Source of the DNA: a virus
Lineage: Duplodnaviria; Caudoviricetes
Virus record (IMG/VR): IMGVR_UViG_3300029288_000001
Coordinates: 128,001 to 192,000 of that record
Reading direction: 5' to 3' (one strand)
Length of the DNA: 64,000 nt
A program made the translations under genes and the position numbers. The notes beneath the pieces were generated by a model. That model was not told the origin of the DNA. It did not search any database and saw only the letters and a program-made list of their open reading frames with translations. This document shows positions 19,522 through 29,226 of the stretch, one piece after another (within the stretch, counting starts at the first letter, position 1; the number at the start of each line of letters is the position of its first letter).

Positions 19522-21005
19522 ATGGAACAACCGACATCGTGGCATAAAATATTCGACGCCGATACGCGCGAAGCAAAGGAAGAAGCGCAGCAGTCGCAGC
19601 ATCCATATATAGATCGTATAAGAACTAACTGCGTTCCTTTACTTGCACCAGACGACGATAAAGCTAAAAGAGAACTCACGCGCAAAGAACGGGAAGATAA
19701 GTTCGATCAATGCGTTGGAAAAGAGAAGAGAAAAATAGCGATCTCCTATGGAAAGAAAGAAAGTAGCGCGTGGACCACATGCCACGATAAGGTCATGTTT
19801 ATTATGGACGAAAAGCATAGAACTAAGAGCCTCATGGATGTCTACGCTCAAGAAGTTAAGAATAAGGAATTCAACCAAGAGTTCTACGATCTATTACGAA
19901 CCGAAGCGTCAAAGGTTGAGCCTATGTCCGAATACCTCAGAAAGCAACAAACACTCACTCCCTTACCAAAGAAACCAGCGCCCAAGAAGGCACCAGAGAA
20001 ACTCTCCACGGAGGACTTCATAGAGGTAGCTCGCCCAAGCGTCAAACAAGAGCCAGTGGTGCTGAAGAAGCCCAAGAGTATACCAAAGAAAGTTCCAAAG
20101 TCGTTCGAGCAGAAACTACTAACGCCAGCAGAAGCCAAAGAAAGAATTAAGAAAATGAAGCGTAAAAGAGGTATAGATCTATGATAGTAGTCCAAGAATA
20201 TTTAGATAGAATAGATAACGAATGTTACCATCATTTACTATCGAGCGAGGACATTACTAAGAAGATGCTCACATGGAACGACCGCGTTAAGTCGTTCGAC
20301 CAGTGCGTGATCGCTGAGAAAGAAAAGATAGAACCCAACTATGTTCAGAAAGCAGATACTGTGTGGGAACAATGTAACGTTAATATCAGTACTATATTAG
20401 ACGATAAAAACAAATTCATGTCTATAATTGATCGGTATGCCGAAAATCTAAAAGGAAGGGAACTTGTCTACGAAATACCGTTTACTCCTCTTCCAGAAAG
20501 ACCTCCAATTCCTATTCTTCCTACTAGAAGATTCTTCACAAGAGAGGCTGCAGAAAGTGCCATAACAAGATATGTAGACCCTGCAGAGAGAAACCGTTAT
20601 TTAATGAGCCAGAAAGTGCTTGAAGCACAAGAACTAGAATTACTAAAGAAACGAGCTCTCCAAATACCAGAAGTTCAAGAAGAGGTACAACAAGTATTAC
20701 GAGAGTCATTTGGTGAAGTAAAAAAAGACATACAGTCGGATAAACCAGTGATAAGCGAACACTTAAAAGAGCCGCTTTATTGGAAGGACATCGGAGCACG
20801 TATGAGAGAACGCCTTGAGGAACAGAATCTGAGAACGATAACAGAGAATGAAAGAGTTATAGCTACGGAGGCTTTTGCAGCCTTAATAAAATATGTGAAA
20901 AAAGAACAATCTGGGAAGGAATTAAACGCCTTAGATAAATTTATGAAACAAAAGGCATTAGATAAACTAAGCCAGATACGATCTAATGAGGAAGGATATG
21001 ACTAA
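19522..21005 (+). CDS. Two tandem paralogous hypothetical proteins (19522-20184, 20181-21005)
   Basis: Shared Y[IL]DRI...C...FDQCV..EK...W..C N-terminal domain. Confidence 0.7.
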
Positions 21006-21822
21006 AAGTAGAACGCGATCTAAAACATGGTCTTTGGAACGGTTAAATGTTATGAAGACCACACACGAGCAAAAATTAGAAGAAGCCGAAGAGACTCTAA
21101 GGAAACTTCAAAACGAAGTAGCTAAGTATAATATAAAAGATCCAAACGATATAGACTATAAACTTGGAACTAAGCAATACCCCGAAGGTTTCTTAGAAGC
21201 GGATAGAAAAGTAAGAGACGCGAGGAGGCAAGTATTGCACTCCATTTCGTTGGTCAAGGGTATAGAAAAAGACATATTTAGAAAACTACAAGACGAAGCG
21301 TATCAAGAAAGAATATCGAAAGCTAGAGAAGAGCTCGCGACGCGTAGTAAGAAAGTAACGGGACCAGAAGCCCACGATCTAATGGCGTATAAACCAACTC
21401 TCGTTCTAATGAAGAAAAAGATCGCAGAGAGCGGTCTTCAAATCAACTTCCCAAGAGCCTCCGAAGCGTTAAACAAAATAGAAGCGTTTTATGGAGGGGC
21501 AAGGACTCCATCCGCGTTAATATCTGCCGCTATTTTCTTGTCCGATCCGTTGATCTCTCCAGAGAATACTCTTGCCTTGTCAGGCACTTCTTTTCCAACA
21601 ATGAGGCGTACCGTTGATGAGTTATTGGAGAGCGGCGCGTTCGAAGAGCCCGATAAGGATAAGGAGAGCGATTCCGATGAACGGTTAGCCGTAGTAGAAT
21701 GTCGCGCGTTCTGGAAAACATGTGGCGCGTTAACGAAAGACTTGGTGGAGGAAGACCTTCCCAAGGACGCAGAAAGGGTAGAGAAATGCGCGAGAGTATG
21801 TAAAATAAATCTAATAAAATAA
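20986..21822 (+). CDS. Coiled-coil protein with a C-terminal TFB/TFIIB-like cyclin-HTH repeat
   Basis: GARTPSALISAAIFLS...SGTSFPTMRRTVDEL resembles the TFB repeat G(K/R)xPxxLAAAAxY...GVTEVTxRNRYKEL. Confidence 0.5.
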   Translation: MRKDMTKSRTRSKTWSLERLNVMKTTHEQKLEEAEETLRKLQNEVAKYNIKDPNDIDYKLGTKQYPEGFLEADRKVRDARRQVLHSISLVKGIEKDIFRKLQDEAYQERISKAREELATRSKKVTGPEAHDLMAYKPTLVLMKKKIAESGLQINFPRASEALNKIEAFYGGARTPSALISAAIFLSDPLISPENTLALSGTSFPTMRRTVDELLESGAFEEPDKDKESDSDERLAVVECRAFWKTCGALTKDLVEEDLPKDAERVEKCARVCKINLIK

Positions 21823-21869
21823 TAGAAAAGGTATCTTATAGTTATAAAAATAAAAGAGAAGAAAATATA

Positions 21870-22934
21870 ATGTTGCAAAAAGATGTGCAATATTGGTTTA
21901 ATGGACTAAGCGTAGAGCAGAGAATGAAGTTAGAAGCAGAATACGATCAATATATAGGTAAAGGTAATAAAGGTGATCACCTTCAAATAATCACTCAAAC
22001 TGGTCCAGCATCAAAATCATACCGCCTTTCTAAGAAAGGAATAGCATTTCTAAACGATAAATGGGATTCGAATAAAAAAATACAGTTGCCATCAATATCG
22101 TTACAGGGTCAGAATTGGATATGCCCATATTGTAGGGGGGAACTAAAAAACCACGCGGATTTATGGGATCATATGAAACAATGTTTAAAAAATCCTGCTA
22201 ATATTCATGCTACTCCTACAGTGCCCAATATTACTCTTCCCGCAACCCCTCCTTCAATACCACCACTTCCTACGCCGTCTACGACCTACACGCCTCCAGC
22301 GAAGAAAGGACCAGTAAAGAAACCATCGACTATAGTTACTAATTCAAATAGTAAGATTCCTACTTCTAAATCGAGTCCTGTAGGAGCGGATGAACAACTA
22401 AATGGGCACGATCTCCAATGCGTGCTTAGAGTTACCTACGACAAGGTTAAAAATCTATACAAAACTCCCAAATGGGAGTGCCAGATCGATGTTGACGATA
22501 CAGATCTTACAAACAAAAAAGTCCAGTTGGAGATGCGCTTCCCAGACGCGGATGGTATAGACTTCAGAGAAGGTATTCCCTACGAGAGAATACACACAGA
22601 AGGGTTCTACCTCGAAGTCGAAGGCGACTTGCAGTGTGGAATGTGTCAAATAATGGAGAACGAAGATATATGCAGAGATGTTCTCACGGACAATACATTA
22701 GTTTGCCGTCCCATTCCCAAGGAGGAAGCAAAAGCGTATACTCCAAAAGGATCGTGGTCGGCGGGAGAGATCAAGGCGTTCGAGGATTGTAAGGAAGTGC
22801 GCGAACGGTATAGAACGCAGCCGTTTTCGAAGAAGATCTTTGACGAAATGGACGACAAGTGCAGGCGCGTGAGTAGCACGGCAATGCAAGAATGGGAAAA
22901 ATCCTTAAAAAAGGAGGAAAAGAAGAATGGATAG
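21870..22934 (+). CDS. Hypothetical protein with a zinc finger and proline-rich linker
   Basis: WICPYC..L......WDHMKQC motif. Confidence 0.7.
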   Translation: MLQKDVQYWFNGLSVEQRMKLEAEYDQYIGKGNKGDHLQIITQTGPASKSYRLSKKGIAFLNDKWDSNKKIQLPSISLQGQNWICPYCRGELKNHADLWDHMKQCLKNPANIHATPTVPNITLPATPPSIPPLPTPSTTYTPPAKKGPVKKPSTIVTNSNSKIPTSKSSPVGADEQLNGHDLQCVLRVTYDKVKNLYKTPKWECQIDVDDTDLTNKKVQLEMRFPDADGIDFREGIPYERIHTEGFYLEVEGDLQCGMCQIMENEDICRDVLTDNTLVCRPIPKEEAKAYTPKGSWSAGEIKAFEDCKEVRERYRTQPFSKKIFDEMDDKCRRVSSTAMQEWEKSLKKEEKKNG

Positions 22935-23048
22935 AGATCTATTGAAGAAACTCGGTATCGGTCTGGCGACCTTTAATATTATTGTCAGTGCCATAACGAT
23001 CGGAATTAACTACCACGATCTTAAAAAAGATAAAACTAGTGAGCAGAC

Positions 23049-23777
23049 ATACCAAAAAAGGAAGAAGTAGACGAAGAGGAACGAGAAGCATATCGGAGAT
23101 ATGTAGACTATAACTATCCCCAAGAGACATACGAGGGGGGTATCACAAGATACTCCGACGAAAAAAAACGGCAAGATAAGCTCATTAAGGATTGTTCTAA
23201 ATATAAAACGAATAAAACTACGAAGCAGATCGAATCTAACGAAGCGGACAAGAAAGAATACATAAAACAAACGAGCGACGCGCTAGACGCGTGTGACGCA
23301 CTACTAGGTGATGTGGAAGCCGTGGCGCGGTCGGAATATAATAAAATACATTCACAATTGTTAAAAGCGTCGTATATTAAACCAGAAGCAGAGTTCAACG
23401 CACTTGGTAAACACGAAGGCGGATATCAATATCTCGTAGATAAGGCGTGTAATAAGGTATTAAAAGACAAGAAAAACGAATTATACCATCAATGTAAGAT
23501 ATATTCAAACACGATGGACTACGCTAAAAGAGCTTGCAATGTATTGGGAGATATAGGTATGGACAAGAACATCTGGGGTGTATATAACTGGGATTGGGAC
23601 GCATCTAGTCGCCACATACATTTATATCATTCGTCCATTGAAATAGTATATAACGAAGTGTATGGCGTATGTCAAGTTGGTCTAGGATTTAAACTACCTT
23701 ACAAATATCCCCACCAGGCATTATCGGACGAAGAACGGGAAGAGAAATTTAACGAACTTCTTGACAAAATAAAATAA
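23049..23777 (+). CDS. Hypothetical protein, extended upstream to an ATA start
   Basis: The frame is open from TGA at 23040; (M)PKKEEVDEEE... adds 88 codons before the GTG at 23313. Confidence 0.6.
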   Translation: MPKKEEVDEEEREAYRRYVDYNYPQETYEGGITRYSDEKKRQDKLIKDCSKYKTNKTTKQIESNEADKKEYIKQTSDALDACDALLGDVEAVARSEYNKIHSQLLKASYIKPEAEFNALGKHEGGYQYLVDKACNKVLKDKKNELYHQCKIYSNTMDYAKRACNVLGDIGMDKNIWGVYNWDWDASSRHIHLYHSSIEIVYNEVYGVCQVGLGFKLPYKYPHQALSDEEREEKFNELLDKIK

Positions 23778-23880
23778 AAAAGATAAGGAGAGAGAAAAGA
23801 AATGACCGAGAAGAAATATCCGCATAAGATCAAGATTTCGCCGTTTATGAAAGAGCAACTATTATCGTTGGTAAAATCTA

Positions 23881-25968
23881 CTAAAACCGCCCCATAGGAA
23901 TTGAATTAACCGCAGTGGTGTTCGTAGGAAGTCTCTTCCACACTGAATAAGAGAGCTGTTTGTTTCTAATGTAGTTTTTAAGGCATTCTTGTTGGTAGTA
24001 ACTACTATATCGACCAAGGACAAAACATTTTCCATTATAATGCTTCCACTCGTTGCTCCCACCAATTTGGTCCATTAATTGGTTCTCTTCTTTAAACGAC
24101 ATTTTTCTCATTTGACCCAAGGTCGAGAACCTAAGCATTTTCGCCCAACGCTCCTGCTCCTCAATGCCCATTTCGTCCCATCTACGCTTTCGTTCCTCTT
24201 GGTCGGGTTGTATATTTTTTATTGGAACTTCGGACCCCTCAGGATACCAATAGTTTCCTTTATTATCTAATACAGTAACTACGACCGAGTCGTTAAGCTC
24301 CTTTAAATACACTCCTTCGTAGAGCGCGGCTTTCTCTAAGAAGTCGTTGTCTCCTCTCTCGCGATGTTTAGCGTTTATAAATTCTAATTCCCAGAAATCG
24401 TGCTCCGAGCCAGTGCCACCCCATCCATGACCTGGTCTACGCCCTCGTTTCGCAATGTCGTTTTCGCGCAATATATTCTTGATGTTTCTTTCAATGGGTT
24501 GCTTAATCGTTCTTATGTCTGAAGGAGTTACATAGTCCGTGTATTCAAATCCTCCAAAGTATTTGTCGTAGCGTTCTCTAACCCACGGTCTTCTCAAGAT
24601 CGTCGCTAAATCTCTCTCCTTCTTTATTGTTGTGTATAATGTTCTTGTGGTTTTTTCTAAAGCGTCGAATTTCTTCAACGTTAAATCTAAAAGATCGTCT
24701 CTCGATACCTCTCCTTTACCTTCGAAAAACCCAGTTCGAATACTAGCTTCGCGTAGTATCTCTGGATCTTCCAGCGTTTCCAGTAGATCGTTTACATGGT
24801 AATTCTTCTTTAATCCTAGTTGTTTATAATAGTCCATTAAATCCCGTAGATTGGGATACACTCTAACCTGTATTCCTGCCCGCGTTTCTACTTTTTCCAT
24901 GGACTCAACCATGCGATCTATTTGGTCAGAATCTAGTAATTGAAGAATGCTTTTTCCCGTTATATCTTTAATATGGCTCCAAAAAGCAAACGAGTCTTTA
25001 GTCATTGTCATTTCACCAAACATCGCGGTCCATTTCTCAATGGCGTTACTTAACTCGTCCTGCCTGCCCTCTTTTATATAATCTTCCACATAATTATAAA
25101 AATGCTTGTTTACTTCCTTCGGTGCTGCCTTGATTACATGTCGGCTTAGTTGAGCGTATAACTGGGGATCGTGCCCTGCTGTCGGACCGAATCCACTCTG
25201 AGCCCAGTCTTCAAAATCGTGTATAGAATGGTCAAATAAGGTCGTTCTCGGAATGTAGTCCAGCTTGCTTGCTATGGACTCGAAGCTCGAGTATTCTCCC
25301 TTTATATATTCGTTTAACTCTACTGTATTCATCCCTTTGGTCTCTAGCTCTCTTCGTTCCGATTCTTCTTCCAAGGCTTCCACGGACATCCTAGGCTGGG
25401 TGATCCACATACATGTCTCTCGTCCGATCTCGTTCTTGTTGTTATCGAGCACGGCGGCATACCCTACCTGTCCACGATCGCCTGGAGTTCTATTCACACC
25501 CACGCGTATCACGAACTGCTGGGTTCCCTTTTTGTCCTTGAAGGATATGTCCTTTTGTAATGGAAAGTCAAGACATAGGTTCTCGATCGCACGCACTCCC
25601 GAACCAGTGGGTTGATAATGGTCCACATTCTCTTTCTGCGAGGCTTCGGTATGCAAGACGAGACCATTATTCAACGCGATCTGGCACATTTCATTCTTTC
25701 GCTTGAGAAGATCGCGGTGCGTGTCCTCATCTATCCTACTAGCCATACTCGTGGCGGTATTGATGTTGGAAACGGCAGATGCACACGATGTGAGTTTATT
25801 GTAGAGTTCTGTCGTACTACTTCGTTCTATATACGAATCGTATGCGTCTCGGCTCGGGTGCTCGTAGCCTACCTCGTAAGGGTCTACTCCACGAACGATC
25901 TCGCATTGTTTTATCTGGTCTTCCGCATCCTTTATGGCTCTATTTACTTCTTGTTCTGACGAATTTAT
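23881..25968 (-). CDS. Large hypothetical protein, paralog of 34893-36464; ATA start
   Basis: The upstream extension DQIKQCEIVRGVDPYEVGY aligns with DLIKQCQISVGKDPWKVSY in the paralog; CL.FPL.K...RV.VN..P...G.VGY is shared. Confidence 0.75.
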   Translation of the reverse strand: MNSSEQEVNRAIKDAEDQIKQCEIVRGVDPYEVGYEHPSRDAYDSYIERSSTTELYNKLTSCASAVSNINTATSMASRIDEDTHRDLLKRKNEMCQIALNNGLVLHTEASQKENVDHYQPTGSGVRAIENLCLDFPLQKDISFKDKKGTQQFVIRVGVNRTPGDRGQVGYAAVLDNNKNEIGRETCMWITQPRMSVEALEEESERRELETKGMNTVELNEYIKGEYSSFESIASKLDYIPRTTLFDHSIHDFEDWAQSGFGPTAGHDPQLYAQLSRHVIKAAPKEVNKHFYNYVEDYIKEGRQDELSNAIEKWTAMFGEMTMTKDSFAFWSHIKDITGKSILQLLDSDQIDRMVESMEKVETRAGIQVRVYPNLRDLMDYYKQLGLKKNYHVNDLLETLEDPEILREASIRTGFFEGKGEVSRDDLLDLTLKKFDALEKTTRTLYTTIKKERDLATILRRPWVRERYDKYFGGFEYTDYVTPSDIRTIKQPIERNIKNILRENDIAKRGRRPGHGWGGTGSEHDFWELEFINAKHRERGDNDFLEKAALYEGVYLKELNDSVVVTVLDNKGNYWYPEGSEVPIKNIQPDQEERKRRWDEMGIEEQERWAKMLRFSTLGQMRKMSFKEENQLMDQIGGSNEWKHYNGKCFVLGRYSSYYQQECLKNYIRNKQLSYSVWKRLPTNTTAVNSIPMGRF

Positions 25969-26111
25969 AATACATCCTCTCCTCTTTCTCTTCGAGGACG
26001 GTCTTCCCCAGCGGCAGCACGCACTTTCATAGAGCTTTTATACCGCTTGAGCCTCTTGTCTTTCTGCGCGAGGAACTTTTCCGTAAAGTCGTCAGACGGT
26101 GGTTCTTCCAT
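25965..26111 (-). CDS. 48-aa protein, paralog of 36430-36585
   Basis: RLKR...AAGEDRPRRERGE versus RLKR...AAGEDKPKRSRGE. Confidence 0.65.
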   Translation of the reverse strand: MEEPPSDDFTEKFLAQKDKRLKRYKSSMKVRAAAGEDRPRRERGEDVL

Positions 26112-26247
26112 AGATCCTTATATACCTTTTATAGTTAAATAATTAGCGATCGCATTTTTTCATAGACTAAGTTTATAAAGTTTTTTAGCGTATTATACCT
26201 TTATTATAAGTTAAAATAAATTGAATTATTTATTTAATCGTTTATAT

Positions 26248-27006
26248 ATGCCTCGTAAAATAAAAAATGAGTCGCAGCGGTTTACCTCGCGTATAGGTAG
26301 CGCGATTACACAAGCAAGACATAGATATTTAGATCAATATTGGGATACAACCGAGTTTTCTAGGGATTCTCCTTTATGGATAGTTCACCAAGCTGCATAT
26401 TATATACACGATTGTGATCTTTACTTAAAAACGAATAAAATTGGTGCGTTCCTAAAATGCTCCGACGATAGGATCTCGAAGATGGTTCACGATTTCGACC
26501 TTGTTGTAGATCGGAACTTCGACCAATGCGTGGAAAGCAGATCCGTAGACGAATGCGTGGACGAAGTAAAGAAATCGTGGAAGGAACGAGACAAAGCAGT
26601 AAATAACATGAGTTGGTGGAAAGACTCATTAAAGCGCAAATATTTTGACTATCAACAAATGGCGCAAGAGGATCGGAAGAAGCAAGAAGCATGGGATCTA
26701 GAACTTAAAAAACAAGCGGAGAAGAGAAGGTTAGAAGCGTCCCGCGACGAGCTACGAAAAACGCGAGCGGAAAGAAAAGGTATTAACTACGAGAACCTCA
26801 AGAAATCGTTAGAAGAAAAGAAAAAGCACTACGAAGCTTCACTGGCGCGAAAGAAGAAAGACGAAGCAAGTAGAAAACAAATACAAGCCACATTCCAAAA
26901 AGAAACTAAAAAGATCTATGGCGAGCGCATACTAGCAGAGGAAAGACGCTATAACATATATGGTAGAAAGAAATTCTTTCCAATCGAAGAAGAGGAGGAA
27001 GAATAA
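26248..27006 (+). CDS. Hypothetical coiled-coil protein
   Basis: Long ORF with a charged C-terminal half. Confidence 0.65.
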   Translation: MPRKIKNESQRFTSRIGSAITQARHRYLDQYWDTTEFSRDSPLWIVHQAAYYIHDCDLYLKTNKIGAFLKCSDDRISKMVHDFDLVVDRNFDQCVESRSVDECVDEVKKSWKERDKAVNNMSWWKDSLKRKYFDYQQMAQEDRKKQEAWDLELKKQAEKRRLEASRDELRKTRAERKGINYENLKKSLEEKKKHYEASLARKKKDEASRKQIQATFQKETKKIYGERILAEERRYNIYGRKKFFPIEEEEEE

Positions 27007-27007
27007 C

Positions 27008-27478
27008 ATGTCCGACGACGAAGACTTTTGTGGTTGGGTAGATAATAAATGGAAGGAGTTCACTAAGGCAATACGACCTCTATTAGATCGCCATAGCGTT
27101 GGACTTCACGATTTTGCCATAAACTGTGATAAGAGCACTAATAAACAAATAATGAGAATTAATACCATTCGATGCGTGCCTCCCTCGAGTACATTGGCGG
27201 AAGCGTGGGCTACACCAAGGTTGGAATCAGCTCGTAAATGGATCACGCCACAAACAGCACAATCAACGGCATATTACTCGTGCGCCGATGGTCGAGCACG
27301 CTCAATAGGAGATATGCCATCGATATATAGAACCTTATCGTTAACTGATAAAGACGAAGATGTTAAATATAAAATAGGCGATGGAAATCACCGAATTATT
27401 GTAGCGAAGGAAAAAGGTATTCCTTGTATATTAGCCCAGACAGAAGAAAATTACGAAATAAGTGAAAGTGATCTCTAA
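27008..27478 (+). CDS. ParB/sulfiredoxin-like domain protein
   Basis: YKIGDGNHRIIVAKEKGIPCI motif. Confidence 0.6.
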   Translation: MSDDEDFCGWVDNKWKEFTKAIRPLLDRHSVGLHDFAINCDKSTNKQIMRINTIRCVPPSSTLAEAWATPRLESARKWITPQTAQSTAYYSCADGRARSIGDMPSIYRTLSLTDKDEDVKYKIGDGNHRIIVAKEKGIPCILAQTEENYEISESDL

Positions 27479-27987
27479 TGGACAAAGACGATCTAAAAGA
27501 ACTCATAAAGAATGCAAAGAAAACATTTGGATTAACAAATAGCTGTAGCCGAGCTGGGTATATCCTTCCCGATGGTTCTATGATTGACTTTGGCGATCCT
27601 TACGATAAGAATAGAGACGAACGGACATTTGAGCACTGGATGATTGGAAAAGCGCTCAAAGAAGACTATCCCACAACGGCAGAGGAAATGAACGACTTAA
27701 ATCTAGCAATAGGAGAATTCGTAGAACGCACGAACTCCATAAGAGCTATTGGGGGTGGAACCGTCTACGGCGTGGACTTGCCCTACGAGGAAGTAACGAG
27801 AGAGCAATGGAACCGCGTAGAAGATTGCTCGTGCCATCCACGAATAAAAGGATTGATCGTTGATTATTGGGGATTGGGGAACGAAGAGTATATTCACGAT
27901 CCCAACTGCTCTAACCGTATAACAGAGGCGAAGAAACTTTACGCAAGAAGACCAAAAATGAAAGATATTAAGAAAAGTGAGGGTTAA
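27478..27987 (+). CDS. Hypothetical protein with an AGYILPDG motif
   Basis: ORF coupled to both neighbours by TAATG overlaps. Confidence 0.65.
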   Translation: MDKDDLKELIKNAKKTFGLTNSCSRAGYILPDGSMIDFGDPYDKNRDERTFEHWMIGKALKEDYPTTAEEMNDLNLAIGEFVERTNSIRAIGGGTVYGVDLPYEEVTREQWNRVEDCSCHPRIKGLIVDYWGLGNEEYIHDPNCSNRITEAKKLYARRPKMKDIKKSEG

Positions 27988-28460
27988 TGAATAGCGACGA
28001 TCTAAAAGAACTTACCAACAAGGTTCAAGGCTTTATCGAGAAGAAAGGATGCGTGGTGCCGATCTCCGTGAAGGTAAAACCATTTCCCAAGAAGAACGAG
28101 AAGATCCTAGCTCTTTATAGGTCTATGTCCCAGTTTAAAGCGAAACCTATTTTCTGGATAAACGAGAACCTTCCCAAGCTCATGGAAGAATACGATGTAG
28201 AACCTTACCGCTACAATGATGTCGTGGAGGATAATATGATTCACGAATATGCCCATTCTATTGCCGAGTGGGCTAAGAAACGCGATCCTGACTTAGCCGA
28301 TGCGCTCCAATCTACCTTTATAGACGAAGAGGAGTTCGCGGAAGGGTTCATAGACTACGTGAAAGACAGGACCGTGAAATACACTACCAGTTCCTACGAT
28401 CGCGTAATGGACAAGTATTGTAAGAGTAGATTTCCAGAACAAGAACAAGAAGAGGAGTGA
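27987..28460 (+). CDS. Zincin-like metallopeptidase
   Basis: MIHEYAHS...EEEFAEGF. Confidence 0.6.
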   Translation: MNSDDLKELTNKVQGFIEKKGCVVPISVKVKPFPKKNEKILALYRSMSQFKAKPIFWINENLPKLMEEYDVEPYRYNDVVEDNMIHEYAHSIAEWAKKRDPDLADALQSTFIDEEEFAEGFIDYVKDRTVKYTTSSYDRVMDKYCKSRFPEQEQEEE

Positions 28461-28497
28461 GACAAGCACGAGCGAAAAGAAGCGACCCAACGAAGAC

Positions 28498-29226
28498 ATG
28501 CCTCAGATTTCCCAATACGGAGGGGCGTGTGGACTTACCAGCTTGTTAATGGCGTTAAAGCCCGAGGCTCGGGGTTTCGCTCCTTTACTAAACGAAGTCG
28601 CAAGACGGAAGAAGATCGTGAAGCCCACGACAGATAAAGGCAAGAACTGGCAACAATCCTTAGAAGTGCTCTTAACGGAAATTCCCAAGAAGAAACCCTT
28701 GCAAGAGATCGTGCGCGAAGACTACGGCGACGACTTTACCGACGGGATGCTTCCGTTACTGGAATACGACATAGAAGAAACGAGTAAGCACCACCGCACG
28801 CGCGATAACGCGTGGTTAATGGACCGAGTTAACGTGTGGAAAAAGAATAGCGAACTCTCCATGCTCGCGTCCTTGTTTGGATGTAAGATTAAACCTTATA
28901 CTCCTACGCCAGACGGCACGGGAAGCGTTTCGTTTAATTGGAAAGAACTACCAAACATCATAGAAGAAAAAAAGAAGTTCCTTGGCGATCGCGTTAACTA
29001 CGAAGACCCGGTAGTGTGCAACACAGGAGGACATTGGATCGCGATCAAGGAATTAGATAAGGACAAGATAAAATATCATAATACTGGGGGGTATGGCGTA
29101 TACACGCGCGATCTATCGGACTTTTCCGAGGACCAGCGGTTCTACGCGTTTAAATGCTCGCCAGAGAAATGGAAGCGTAACCAACGGATCATCCGTAAGG
29201 CGCTCTTCCCGCCCAAGAAACGGTAA
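28498..29226 (+). CDS. Papain-fold cysteine peptidase (C39-like)
   Basis: Q....CGLTSLLMAL, GGHWIAI and YHNT give a Cys/His/Asn triad. Confidence 0.65.
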   Translation: MPQISQYGGACGLTSLLMALKPEARGFAPLLNEVARRKKIVKPTTDKGKNWQQSLEVLLTEIPKKKPLQEIVREDYGDDFTDGMLPLLEYDIEETSKHHRTRDNAWLMDRVNVWKKNSELSMLASLFGCKIKPYTPTPDGTGSVSFNWKELPNIIEEKKKFLGDRVNYEDPVVCNTGGHWIAIKELDKDKIKYHNTGGYGVYTRDLSDFSEDQRFYAFKCSPEKWKRNQRIIRKALFPPKKR

